Below are positions 30,162-40,294 of a stretch of 64,000 nucleotides of DNA, one piece after another. This stretch comes from an uncultured Muribaculaceae bacterium (GTDB lineage Bacteria > Bacteroidota > Bacteroidia > Bacteroidales > Muribaculaceae), in contig CAJUDL010000014.1 in assembly GCA_910585285.1 (NCBI GenBank), positions 2,174-66,173 of the forward strand, written 5' to 3'. Numbering within the stretch: position 1 is the first letter of the stretch; every line of letters starts with the position of its first letter. The translations under genes were made by a program, and so were the position numbers. The notes below the pieces were generated by a model. It saw only the letters and a list, made by a program, of their open reading frames with translations. It ran no database searches and was not told where the DNA came from.

Positions 30162-30383
30162 CTATCTTCTGTTCAGTTTCTCCTTTCGTGTTCCTTCAAG
30201 AAATTCATGAAATATGCTGCGTTTGGAAATCACCTCCTCGCGGTTATCAACCTCATCCCTCAACTTGTCGATGTCGGAGGCATCCGTGTCAAAACTTCCG
30301 TTTGACAGATGACCGATTCCAAGAAGAATCACGACCATCGCAAGCATGAGCATAACCACAAGTATTATTTTCATTATAGCCAT
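30162..30383 (-). CDS. Small single-pass membrane protein
   Basis: Hydrophobic N-terminus plus charged tail; co-oriented with neighbours. Confidence 0.6.
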   Translation of the reverse strand: MAIMKIILVVMLMLAMVVILLGIGHLSNGSFDTDASDIDKLRDEVDNREEVISKRSIFHEFLEGTRKEKLNRR

Positions 30384-30384
30384 A

Positions 30385-30444
30385 AAAGATTGTTATCAAT
30401 ATAGAAGACGATGAATGCCGCCTTCTATATTGATAACAATCTTT
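30385..30444 (-). terminator. Perfect 23-bp inverted repeat (probable terminator)
   Basis: aaagattgttatcaatatagaag-N14-cttctatattgataacaatcttt. Confidence 0.65.
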
Positions 30445-30497
30445 GTCTCGTATTGCTCACTCGAGACATAAAAATCTTATCAACTACCTAATTTCCA

Positions 30498-32171
30498 TCA
30501 ACTTGCATGAGCACGCGGATTCGCCTGACTCGAACGGATCTCCACGCGGCGTATCTTGCCGCTGATGGTTTTCGGAAGTTCGTCAACAAATTCTATCTGG
30601 CGCGGATACTTATAAGGCGCAGTGGTATGTTTCACATGATCCTGCAATTCTTTCACTAAGTCGTCGCCTATTTTATCTTTCCATTCATCGGCAAGAACGA
30701 TGGTTGCTTTCACAATCTGTCCGCGAATAGGATCCGGCACACCGGTGATCGCACATTCTACAACAGCCGGATGGGTCATCAAAGAGCTTTCCACCTCAAA
30801 CGGACCAATACGATATCCTGATGATTTTATCACGTCGTCAGCCCTGCCTACAAACCAGAAATATCCATCTTCATCGCGAGTTGCAACATCGCCCGTGTGG
30901 TACACTCCGTTGGAATGTGCCTGACGTGTGAGCTCCGGATCATAAAGATATTCCCGGAACAATCCCAACGGACGCCGGCGATTTGTATATATTACAATCT
31001 CACCCTGTTCACCTGGTTTACAACTTTCTCCATCGGCATTGATAAGATCTATGTCGTATTCCGGATTGGGCACACCCATTGAGCCAGGCTTCGCCACCAT
31101 CCAAGGGAAAGTGCCTATAGTCAGCGTGGTCTCCGTCTGACCGAAAGCCTCTTTGATATCAAGACCTGTAAGTTCTTTCCATTTCTCAAATACACTCGGA
31201 TTCATTGCCTCGCCGGCAGTGGTGCAGTAGCGCAATGATGAAAGATCATATTTTGATACATCCTCAAGAATCAGGAAACGATAAACGGTAGGAGGTGCGC
31301 AAAAGGATGTGATGTTGTATTTTTCGAATATTCCAAGCAAATCTGAAGGATGGAACCTGTCGAAATCATATACAAATACATTCGCGCCGGAAAACCATTG
31401 CCCGTAGAGTTTTCCCCACACTGCTTTTCCCCAGCCCGTGTCGGCAAGAGTGAGATGCAGAGATGTCTCATCAAGATTATGCCAGTATTTTCCAGTCACA
31501 ATATGCCCAAGAGGATATAGGAAATCATGAGCAACCATTTTCGGTTCGCCGGTTGTGCCCGAGGTGAAATATAGCAGTGAAAGATCTTCATTCCGATTCG
31601 GAAGTAACGGACGATGGAACGGTTTGGCACTCTCCATGCCGGAATCGAAATCGTACCAACCTTCTGGAACAAGCGGACCTGTGGATATGCAGCTCTCTAC
31701 AGTGGGACACTTAGACAATGCTTTCTGAATATGTTCTATTACTATTTCATCGCCCACCGCCACTATGGCTTTAATTTTTGCAGCATTGCAACGATACACA
31801 ATATCCTTCTCGGTGAGTAGATGCGTGGCAGGAATGCAGATTGCTCCCAACTTATGCAAAGCAAGAATAGAGAACCAGAACTGATAACGACGCTTCAGTA
31901 TTAACATCACTTTGTCGCCCTTGCCGATTCCAAGACTCTGGAAAAACGAAGCCGTCTTATCTGATGCCTCTTTCATATCAGCAAACGAAAACTGACGTTC
32001 GTCACCCCTTTCATTGGTCCAAAGTAAAGCCGGTTTATCGGGATCCTCCTCAGCCCATTTATCAACAACATCATATGCGAAATTGAAATTCTCAGGCACT
32101 TCAACATGATAGTTAGCCCTGAAATCCTCAAGCGAATCAAAATCGCTTTTTTTCAAAAAACGTTCAACCAT
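30498..32171 (-). CDS. AMP-forming short/medium-chain acyl-CoA synthetase
   Basis: YFTSGTTGEPK, FGQTET, TGD, GRADD, LPKTISGKI. Confidence 0.92.
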   Translation of the reverse strand: MVERFLKKSDFDSLEDFRANYHVEVPENFNFAYDVVDKWAEEDPDKPALLWTNERGDERQFSFADMKEASDKTASFFQSLGIGKGDKVMLILKRRYQFWFSILALHKLGAICIPATHLLTEKDIVYRCNAAKIKAIVAVGDEIVIEHIQKALSKCPTVESCISTGPLVPEGWYDFDSGMESAKPFHRPLLPNRNEDLSLLYFTSGTTGEPKMVAHDFLYPLGHIVTGKYWHNLDETSLHLTLADTGWGKAVWGKLYGQWFSGANVFVYDFDRFHPSDLLGIFEKYNITSFCAPPTVYRFLILEDVSKYDLSSLRYCTTAGEAMNPSVFEKWKELTGLDIKEAFGQTETTLTIGTFPWMVAKPGSMGVPNPEYDIDLINADGESCKPGEQGEIVIYTNRRRPLGLFREYLYDPELTRQAHSNGVYHTGDVATRDEDGYFWFVGRADDVIKSSGYRIGPFEVESSLMTHPAVVECAITGVPDPIRGQIVKATIVLADEWKDKIGDDLVKELQDHVKHTTAPYKYPRQIEFVDELPKTISGKIRRVEIRSSQANPRAHAS

Positions 32172-32374
32172 AATTCCAACCTTAATTTACGCTGTTTTAT
32201 TCTTTTTTGAGGGTATATTTAATCATAAGAAAAGTAAACATACTCTGAGATCACGAAACATTATAGCAACAGTGTTTTTTGTGAAATCTCATTTAAGCAA
32301 ACGGGTGTTTAGCTCTTGCGGTTCACAAAATTCTAAAATATTTTTCAAATATCCAAACAATTGATAATAAAAAG

Positions 32375-32417
32375 ATAAAACACTGCGCACTCTGTTAAAG
32401 AGTGCGCAATGTTTTAT
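32375..32417 (-). terminator. Terminator after the gcv operon
   Basis: ataaaacactgcgcactc/gagtgcgcaatgttttat inverted repeat. Confidence 0.7.
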
Positions 32418-32444
32418 TCACATTGCTTTTTAAAGTGTGCAATT

Positions 32445-33794
32445 TTAGATGTGGGCTGCAGTGAGAAGGATTTCGCTGAGCGTAGGATGACCGAACACAA
32501 TCTCACGGATTGATTCAGCAGTTGCATTGGCATTCATAAGATCCACCGCCTCCTGCGCAAGCAGCGCTGCATCTGCACCCATGATATGCGCGCCAAGCAA
32601 CCTGTGTGTTCCCTTATCGAAAATCAATTTGCAAAGGCCTTCGCTCTCACCCATGGCAAGCGCTTTCCCATTGGCGCGATAGAAACTTTTACCACACACG
32701 ATCTCCATGCCGCGTGCCTTGCATTCCTCTTCCGTTAAGCCTGCCATGCCACATTCGGGCGTGGTGAAAACAGCTGAAGGTATAATATCAAATCTAATAT
32801 TATCAATCTTGCCATCTATTGCATTCAAGGCTCGCTGTCCCTGGAAAGAAGCCACATGCGCAAGCATCATACGTGCATTCACATCCCCGATGGCATATAT
32901 ATGCTTCACATTTGTGCGCATATTGTCATCTACAGGAATACCCTTGGGAGAATATTCCACACCTGTCGCCTCAAGGTCAAGTCCTTCAACCCGCGGCGCA
33001 CGACCTACTGCCATCAACAGATCGGAACTTACCACAGTCTGTTCCTTCCCTTTTGCCTCATAAGTCACGACAACCTCATAATCTTCATTCTGTTCGATTT
33101 TCTTGGCAGCCGCACCGGTTATGATCTCCACGCCTCTTTTCGACAAGGTCTGCTTCAAACGCTTCGCTATGTCTGAATCAAAAGGTGGCAGAATCTGTTT
33201 CATAAACTCGATAACGGTGACTTTCGAACCAAGTCCTGCAAAAATCGATGCGAACTCCATGCCGATCACCCCTCCACCAATGATGGTAAGAGAAGCAGGT
33301 ATGTATTCGATATTCAGCATATCGGTCGAATCCTTCACGCATTCGAGATCATGACCGGGAATAGGCAACGATTTCGAGACGCTTCCGGTGGCGATTATGA
33401 TATTGTCGGCGGTATACTCCTCATCTCCGGCAACCACTGTGTGGTCATCCTTGAATTTAGCCATAGCGTCCACCACGTTAACCTTTGCCTGTTTCAGCAT
33501 TACAGCAATTCCATCGCGAAGCTGGTCGGTGACTTCACGTTTACGTGAGATTATTTTATTGAAGTCGACAGAGAAAGAGAAATCCTCAATACCGAATTTG
33601 TCTGACTCTTTGAACTGCATCACCATCTCAGAGTCACGACAAAGGCATTTCGTCGGTATGCATCCTTCGTTGAGGCATGTTCCACCGAGAGCACCGCCAT
33701 TGAAAAGAGTCACGGTTTTGCCACGGTGTGCCGCACCCAGGGCGGTTTCATACCCCCCGGGTCCGGCTCCTATTATTATAAGATCGCTATGCAT
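32445..33794 (-). CDS. lpdA: Dihydrolipoamide dehydrogenase (L protein)
   Basis: GAGPGG, GGTCLNEGCIPTK, HPTLSE. Confidence 0.95.
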   Translation of the reverse strand: MHSDLIIIGAGPGGYETALGAAHRGKTVTLFNGGALGGTCLNEGCIPTKCLCRDSEMVMQFKESDKFGIEDFSFSVDFNKIISRKREVTDQLRDGIAVMLKQAKVNVVDAMAKFKDDHTVVAGDEEYTADNIIIATGSVSKSLPIPGHDLECVKDSTDMLNIEYIPASLTIIGGGVIGMEFASIFAGLGSKVTVIEFMKQILPPFDSDIAKRLKQTLSKRGVEIITGAAAKKIEQNEDYEVVVTYEAKGKEQTVVSSDLLMAVGRAPRVEGLDLEATGVEYSPKGIPVDDNMRTNVKHIYAIGDVNARMMLAHVASFQGQRALNAIDGKIDNIRFDIIPSAVFTTPECGMAGLTEEECKARGMEIVCGKSFYRANGKALAMGESEGLCKLIFDKGTHRLLGAHIMGADAALLAQEAVDLMNANATAESIREIVFGHPTLSEILLTAAHI

Positions 33795-35262
33795 CTTGAT
33801 CAGCTTTCAGTTGACGATAAGAAAGAATCGGTTTCTTTGCAGCCGTTGTTTCATCAGGATGAGAGATAGCTGTTGTGAGAGGTGCATTCTTCACATTGTC
33901 GGGATTCTCACGCGCCTCTTTCGCAACCTTGTGCATCACCTCGATAAACTCGTCAAGAGTTTCAAGACTCTCGGTCTCGGTCGGCTCAATCATCATTGAC
34001 TCATGGAAAAGCAACGGGAAATAAATCGTAGGTGCATGGAAACCATAGTCAAGCAGACGTTTTGCGACATTGAGCGTTGTTACCCCTGTGGATTTATCCT
34101 TCAGACCATCAAATACAAACTCATGCTTGCAGGCACCTTCGATGGGAAGCAGATAATCATCCTTAAGCGATTCCTTAATGTAATTGGCATTAAGGGTTGC
34201 CATAGGACCGACATTTTTGAGATTCTCCTTTCCAAGACTGAGGATATAGGCATACGCCTTCATCATCACGCCGAAATTGCCGAGGAAAGAGCTGACGCTA
34301 CCGAGACTCTTGTCGGTTTTTCCGACAATATGAAATTTACCATCTGCATCTTTTACCACTCTCGGAGCGGGAAGAAGATCCACGAGATGAGCAGCTACTC
34401 CTACGGGACCCGAACCGGGACCCCCGCCCCCATGAGGAGTGGAGAAGGTCTTGTGAAGATTGATATGCATGATATCAAAACCCATATCGCCGGGGCGAAC
34501 CTTGCCGAGCAAAGGATTCAGATTGGCTCCGTCATAATATAGAAGACCTCCGGCATCGTGCACAAGTTTGGCAATCTCTAAGATTTCCGTCTCGAACATG
34601 CCGAGAGTATTGGGGTTAGTCATCATGATTCCGGCAACAGTCTCATCGAGTAAAGGCTTGAGATCCTCAACATCGATAGAGCCATTGGGTTTGGATTTCA
34701 CTTCCACGACCTCAAGACCGGCTACCATTGCCGACGCAGGATTGGTTCCGTGTGCTGAATTCGGCACAATCACCTTGGTGCGTTTGTTGTCACCACGAGT
34801 GATATGATACTGACGCATCACCATAAGTCCTGTCAGCTCACCATGCGCACCTGCATAAGGATTGAGTGTGAACTCTGCCAGACCGGCAATATTGGCGAGA
34901 GCCTGCTGCAGATTATAATAAAGTTCCAACGCTCCCTGTGCCGATGCCTCGCTCTGAAGAGGATGAAGGGCAGCAAACTCCGGCAACGCGGCAACCTCCT
35001 CGTTGATCTTGGGATTATATTTCATCGTGCAGCTTCCCAAGGGATAGAAACCTGTGTCAACCCCGAAGTTCTTATTGGAGAGGTTTGTGTAATGTCTCAC
35101 AACATCCAGCTCACTAACCTCCGGAAGCTCCGGTTTATCCTTGCGGAGAAGAGCCGTGGAGATAGCTGCGAGACCGTCTGTATCGTATCCGTTGGCAGGA
35201 AGTTCATAACCCTTGCGTCCGGGACGCGACACTTCAAATATCAACTTATCGTAATATTTCAT
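33787..35262 (-). CDS. gcvPB: Glycine dehydrogenase subunit 2
   Basis: PLGSCTMKYN, HINLHKTFSTPHGGGGPG (PLP Lys), IEPTETE. Confidence 0.96.
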   Translation of the reverse strand: MKYYDKLIFEVSRPGRKGYELPANGYDTDGLAAISTALLRKDKPELPEVSELDVVRHYTNLSNKNFGVDTGFYPLGSCTMKYNPKINEEVAALPEFAALHPLQSEASAQGALELYYNLQQALANIAGLAEFTLNPYAGAHGELTGLMVMRQYHITRGDNKRTKVIVPNSAHGTNPASAMVAGLEVVEVKSKPNGSIDVEDLKPLLDETVAGIMMTNPNTLGMFETEILEIAKLVHDAGGLLYYDGANLNPLLGKVRPGDMGFDIMHINLHKTFSTPHGGGGPGSGPVGVAAHLVDLLPAPRVVKDADGKFHIVGKTDKSLGSVSSFLGNFGVMMKAYAYILSLGKENLKNVGPMATLNANYIKESLKDDYLLPIEGACKHEFVFDGLKDKSTGVTTLNVAKRLLDYGFHAPTIYFPLLFHESMMIEPTETESLETLDEFIEVMHKVAKEARENPDNVKNAPLTTAISHPDETTAAKKPILSYRQLKADQDA

Positions 35263-35274
35263 CTTTACTTCCTC

Positions 35275-36597
35275 TTAGGCCTCCAGAATTACGTTGACAA
35301 ATTCATCTATTTCCTCACGGGTGCGGTTTTCAGTCACTGCGAATTCAACCATTCCGTTTCCAAGATCAAGCGGACCCATGAAACCTTTCTCAAGAAGACG
35401 GGCATTCATGGCTTTGACATCAAGATCAGTCTTAAGGGTAAACTCTTTAAGGAATGGCTTATCGAATGCCGGAACAAATTTCCCGCTTCCCACAAGCTTG
35501 CCGTAGAGATAATGGGCACCGTCGGCAGAGAGTTTATTTACTTCTACCAGACCCTTTTCACCCATAAGAGAAAGATATATGGTGGCATAAAGAGCCATAA
35601 GACTCTGATTGGAACAAATATTGCTGGTTGCTTTCTCCCGACGTATGTGCTGTTCGCGTGCCTGAAGCGTAAGAACATAGCAACGTTTTCCCGATGCATC
35701 CTTTGTGGCTCCCACCACGCGTCCGGGCATCTTGCGAAGCATATGGCTCTTGCAGGAGATGAAACCAAGATACGGACCGCCAAACTGCATCGGCATTCCA
35801 AGAGTCTGACCATCGCCACATGCAACATCCGCACCCCATTCAGCCGGCGATTTGAGCACAGCCAATGTAGAAGGATCGGCATATATTGCCATCATGGCTT
35901 TCACTTCGTGGATGGCATCCGCAAAACCGGAGAAGTCCTCTACAATGCCATAGCGGTTAGGACATGGCAGCAAAACACCAGCCACATCACCTGCACGCAA
36001 CTCCATCTCCATTTTCTCGAAATCAGTCACACCATCTTTCTCCGGAATCATTGTCAAGTCTACGCCATGGAATTTTGCATAAGTCCTGACAACTTCAAGC
36101 ACGTTTTCCGGAAGTGTGGCTGAAAGAAGCACACGGTTCTTCTTGCGCACTGATGCAACCATCATAAACATCACCTCAGCGGCAGATGTAGCACCGTCAT
36201 ACATCGATGCGTTGGTGGATTCCATTCCGGTGAGTTCGCTGATCATGCTCTGATATTCGAATATATACTGAAGCGTGCCCTGCGAAATCTCAGGCTGATA
36301 TGGAGTGTAGGCTGTGTAAAATTCGCTGCGAGAAAGAAGATGAGAGATTACGGAAGGAGAATAATGGTCATAGACACCTCCACCCGCGAATACCTTGAGC
36401 TGACGGTTCTTCGCACCTAATTCACGGAAATGGCGACGAAGCTCCGTTTCTGACATTGCCGACGGAATAGCGTAATCCTCCTTGAAGATCACTTCAGCGG
36501 GAACATCGTTATAGAGGTCATCCACGCTCTGCACGCCTATACGGTCGAGCATTGCGCGGATGTCTTCCTCGGTATGAGGGATGAATCTGTTACTCAT
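35275..36597 (-). CDS. gcvPA: Glycine dehydrogenase subunit 1
   Basis: YTAYTPYQPEISQG, NASMYDG, REQHIRREKATSNICSNQ. Confidence 0.96.
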   Translation of the reverse strand: MSNRFIPHTEEDIRAMLDRIGVQSVDDLYNDVPAEVIFKEDYAIPSAMSETELRRHFRELGAKNRQLKVFAGGGVYDHYSPSVISHLLSRSEFYTAYTPYQPEISQGTLQYIFEYQSMISELTGMESTNASMYDGATSAAEVMFMMVASVRKKNRVLLSATLPENVLEVVRTYAKFHGVDLTMIPEKDGVTDFEKMEMELRAGDVAGVLLPCPNRYGIVEDFSGFADAIHEVKAMMAIYADPSTLAVLKSPAEWGADVACGDGQTLGMPMQFGGPYLGFISCKSHMLRKMPGRVVGATKDASGKRCYVLTLQAREQHIRREKATSNICSNQSLMALYATIYLSLMGEKGLVEVNKLSADGAHYLYGKLVGSGKFVPAFDKPFLKEFTLKTDLDVKAMNARLLEKGFMGPLDLGNGMVEFAVTENRTREEIDEFVNVILEA

Positions 36598-36973
36598 TTT
36601 CGCAAAGTTTTTCGTAAGCGGCAGCATCAAGAAGCGCATCCACCTCTGAAGGATCAGACATCTTCACCTTGATGATCCAGTTTTCATATGCATCGGCATT
36701 GACAGCTTCCGGAGCATCTTCGAGCTCTTCATTGATCTCCACGACCTCGCCTGATACCGGAGAAATGAGATCACTGGCAGCCTTCACTGACTCCACAGCA
36801 CCGAAATCCTCTCCTGCTGTCACCTCATCACCAACTTCGGGCATATCAACATATACGATATTGCCAAGCGCATGCTGCGCGTAGTCGCTGATACCGATTA
36901 CGGCGATGTCGCCTTCAACTTTTACCCACTCGTGTGATTCTGCGTAACGCAGACCTTCAATAACTTTACTCAT
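36590..36973 (-). CDS. gcvH: Glycine cleavage H protein
   Basis: HEWV, GISDYAQ, VESVKAAS (lipoyl Lys). Confidence 0.97.
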   Translation of the reverse strand: MSKVIEGLRYAESHEWVKVEGDIAVIGISDYAQHALGNIVYVDMPEVGDEVTAGEDFGAVESVKAASDLISPVSGEVVEINEELEDAPEAVNADAYENWIIKVKMSDPSEVDALLDAAAYEKLCENE

Positions 36974-36979
36974 ATCTTT

Positions 36980-38074
36980 TTATTTTTTATAATTTTTATC
37001 GTAAAAACGTTTCTTCACCACCTTAGCCGGGAAGGTCTTCTTGCGGATACGCACCTCAACTTCCGTTCCCAACTTGTCGTAGGGTTTATTGATCATAGCC
37101 ATTGCCACGCTCTTGCCGGTGGAAATCGAGCGATATCCGGTTGTGACCTCACCTACCTGCTCTCCATTCACCTCTACAGGATAACCATGGCGTGGGATTG
37201 CATTTCCTTCAAGTTCAAGACCGACAATGCGACGCTTAACGCCATCCGCCTTCTGAGCAGCAAGAGCTTCCTTGCCGATAAATTCAGGTTTGTCAAGTTT
37301 AACAAACATGCTCAGACTTGCCTCAATCGGTGTGATGTCAGCACTCAATTCGTCGCCATAAAGAGGAAGACCGACTTCGAAACGGAGTGTATCGCGGCAA
37401 CCGAGACCGCAAGGTTGCACGCCACCGTCCATCAGTTTGTCCCAGACCTTGCGGGTGAAATCATGACTTCCGTAAACTTCGAAACCATCCTCACCGGTGT
37501 AACCCGTGCGGCTAACTATCACTTCCTCCCCGTCAAGATTAAATGTCTTGAAATTATAGAAAGGAATATCTTTGACCTTGATTCCAAGAATATTTTCCAT
37601 GGCGGCTTCCGCCTCGGGACCCTGCACAGCAACTTCTCCGTAATAAGGACTCTGATCTTCAATCTTCACATCGAAACCCTCTGCATTCTGACGAATCCAC
37701 GCCACATCCTTGTCAATATTGGAAGCATTGATAACAAGAAAATATTCTTGATCGTTAACTTTATATACGAGAAGGTCATCCACCGTGCCGCCATTCTCAT
37801 AGCACATCATGCCATAAAAAATCTGACCGTCGGGAGCTCCCGTAACGTCATTGACGAAAATATGACTCACGAATCTGTAGGCATCTGGACCACTTACGCG
37901 AACTTCTCCCATGTGGCTTACGTCAAACACACCTACATGCTGACGAACAGCGTTGTGCTCTTCCGTGATACCGGCATACTGTATAGGCATGTCGAATCCG
38001 GCGAAAGGCGACATTAATGCCCCTAAGGCAACATGACGGTCGTGCAGACACGTCTTTTGGCATTCTTGTTCCAT
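36980..38074 (-). CDS. gcvT: Aminomethyltransferase (T protein)
   Basis: FDVSHMG, SRTGYTGEDGFE, GLGCRDTLRFE; start set at MEQEC. Confidence 0.96.
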   Translation of the reverse strand: MEQECQKTCLHDRHVALGALMSPFAGFDMPIQYAGITEEHNAVRQHVGVFDVSHMGEVRVSGPDAYRFVSHIFVNDVTGAPDGQIFYGMMCYENGGTVDDLLVYKVNDQEYFLVINASNIDKDVAWIRQNAEGFDVKIEDQSPYYGEVAVQGPEAEAAMENILGIKVKDIPFYNFKTFNLDGEEVIVSRTGYTGEDGFEVYGSHDFTRKVWDKLMDGGVQPCGLGCRDTLRFEVGLPLYGDELSADITPIEASLSMFVKLDKPEFIGKEALAAQKADGVKRRIVGLELEGNAIPRHGYPVEVNGEQVGEVTTGYRSISTGKSVAMAMINKPYDKLGTEVEVRIRKKTFPAKVVKKRFYDKNYKK

Positions 38075-38257
38075 GAATATATTAGGTTTAAGATGAATAC
38101 ATTTTTGAATCTTGACCCTGCATTTTTTCTTTGTTAAGAAAAAATTAAGTTTCGACAAGTTCATCTGCAAATTTACTATTTGTTAAATATTCCTCCAAAT
38201 TTTTTGTTAACTTTGTGATGAATTAAAAAGCTGTTTAAAAATATATTTTCTGTTAGC

Positions 38258-39430
38258 ATGAAAATTAGACACACATTAACATTCACATTATTTATCACAC
38301 TCTTCTCTTCACTGTTTTCTGCGTCTGCACAAAATAAGATTAACGTTACACCTATCGGACGTGTGCACGTTGATGGGGCATTGTATTTTCCATCAAAAGA
38401 CGGCTTCAGCAACGGCGCTTCTCTCCCTGAAATCCGAGCCGGTGTGAGAGCAGTATATGACAAATGGATGGCGCGCGTGGAAATCGGATATTCCTATGGC
38501 AAGATCGGAATGAAGGATGTATACATTCAGAGGAATCTTGGAGAAAAAGATTTCCTGCGTCTCGGATATTTTATTCCGCAGTTCGGTATACGTGGCGGTG
38601 GTTCCGCATCCTATAAGCCCGGCATGATATCTCAGGTGTCAGAAACATTTTTCCGCACAACCAGCCGTAAAATAGGAATCGGATACACACGATATAATCC
38701 ATCGTATTTTCTCAGCGCCACAGCGTTTGTGGGCGGCAGATCCTTGACACTAAGTTCCACGGAGCAAGGCAAAGTCAGTGCAGGTGGTGCAGTGCGCGGC
38801 GTATGGCATCCAATAGCAAAGCCCGGGGCAATAGTGCATATAGGTGGATCAGTTTCTTACGAAACCGCCTCACATACCCGGCTGATCAATGACATGGGGG
38901 ATGAGGAAGCATCTGAAGGTTTCCGAACATTTTCTGCATCGTTCCCGACAACAGTCAGCAAAGTCCCGATGCTGGAAGCGGAAGTCACAAACGCAGTGGG
39001 AGATTGGAAACTTTCACCTGAAATCACACTTGCAAAAGATCGTTTTGCCCTTGAATCGCAGTTTTATTATATGAAAGTACCCAGACATAACGGAATACCC
39101 TCATATCATGCTGTCGGAACCTACGGAATGGTGCGCTGCCTACTTTTGGGCGACAAACAATATCGCTATTCAGAAGCAGAGGGAGCTCTGGCTCTCCCCT
39201 CTCCCAAGTCGCTTGAACTTGTTGCCGGTTATGATTATACAAATGCCGATACAAACGCCGCCGGCATCGATGGTGGGATTTCCAGCGACTGGAATGTAAC
39301 CTTGAACTATTATATAAATAAATATATGATAGCTCGTCTGCGTTATTCATACACCGACGTGCGCAATTCATCTGCATGCGAACCTCGTGGTGTCAACATA
39401 ATCCAGGCTCGCCTCCAGTTTGTCTTCTAA
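38258..39430 (+). CDS. OprO/OprP-like porin
   Basis: Signal peptide, beta-strand pattern, LNYYIN, C-terminal ARLQFVF. Confidence 0.75.
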   Translation: MKIRHTLTFTLFITLFSSLFSASAQNKINVTPIGRVHVDGALYFPSKDGFSNGASLPEIRAGVRAVYDKWMARVEIGYSYGKIGMKDVYIQRNLGEKDFLRLGYFIPQFGIRGGGSASYKPGMISQVSETFFRTTSRKIGIGYTRYNPSYFLSATAFVGGRSLTLSSTEQGKVSAGGAVRGVWHPIAKPGAIVHIGGSVSYETASHTRLINDMGDEEASEGFRTFSASFPTTVSKVPMLEAEVTNAVGDWKLSPEITLAKDRFALESQFYYMKVPRHNGIPSYHAVGTYGMVRCLLLGDKQYRYSEAEGALALPSPKSLELVAGYDYTNADTNAAGIDGGISSDWNVTLNYYINKYMIARLRYSYTDVRNSSACEPRGVNIIQARLQFVF

Positions 39431-39465
39431 ATTATTAATTATTAACCATTAATTATTAACCACCC

Positions 39466-40284
39466 TTGCTTTTCCCCGTTTCCGATATATCCGCGCCTGA
39501 GCTGAGAGTTTTTGCATCCCTCACCGAAGCTCAACTTCGGAATGACCTTCATCCCGAAGCAGGCATGTTTATTGCCGAGAGTCCGAAGGTGATAAGGGTT
39601 GCTCTCGGTGCTGGGCATCAACCTCTTTCTTTATTGTGCGAAAAGAAACATATTGAAGGAGATGCTGCCGACATAATAGCCGGTTATCCAGACATGCCGG
39701 TATATACAGGAGAACGGGAGACATTGGCAAAACTCACAGGTTACACCCTAACGCGAGGCGTGTTATGCGCGTTTCGACGCCCGGAGCCGAGAAATTTAGA
39801 AGAGATATGCAGCAGTGCCCGACGTGTCGTCATTCTACAAAGTGTGTGCGACACCACAAATATCGGAGCAATCTTCCGTTCGGCTGCGGCATTGGGAATC
39901 GATGCCGTGATCCTTTCAGATGATTGTTGCGATCCACTTAATCGACGCGCTATCCGCGTATCGATGGGAGCGGTCTTTCTTGTGCCGTGGACAACCTCTA
40001 CAAATCCCACAGCCAGATTGAAAGAATTAGGATTCAAGACTGTGGCGATGGCATTGCGAAACAATTCAATTGATCTCGACTCGCCTATACTCAAATCAGA
40101 GCCACACCTTGCCATCGTCATGGGCACAGAGGGAGAAGGATTGTCTACTTCAATAATCGATACTGCAGATTATGTTGTAAAAATACCGATGGCAAATGGA
40201 GTCGACTCCTTAAATGTGGCAGCAGCTTCGGCTGTTGCATTCTGGGAACTCCGGAAAATTAATGAAATCCTGCATAGCATATAA
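39466..40284 (+). CDS. TrmH/SpoU family RNA methyltransferase
   Basis: NIGAIFRSAAA, GTEGEGL, IPM...VDSLNVA. Confidence 0.92.
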   Translation: MLFPVSDISAPELRVFASLTEAQLRNDLHPEAGMFIAESPKVIRVALGAGHQPLSLLCEKKHIEGDAADIIAGYPDMPVYTGERETLAKLTGYTLTRGVLCAFRRPEPRNLEEICSSARRVVILQSVCDTTNIGAIFRSAAALGIDAVILSDDCCDPLNRRAIRVSMGAVFLVPWTTSTNPTARLKELGFKTVAMALRNNSIDLDSPILKSEPHLAIVMGTEGEGLSTSIIDTADYVVKIPMANGVDSLNVAAASAVAFWELRKINEILHSI

Positions 40285-40294
40285 AAATGTAAAA

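Noticed and set aside
34804..36123. 439-aa antisense ORF (also 37187-38017, 13122-13955, 23077-23829 and similar)
   Set aside because: Shadow ORFs opposite well-supported genes, with no recognisable motifs.
38075..38257. Glycine riboswitch upstream of gcvT
   Set aside because: The region is AT-rich divergent promoter DNA without the GGAGA...GAAG...CAGG aptamer pattern.
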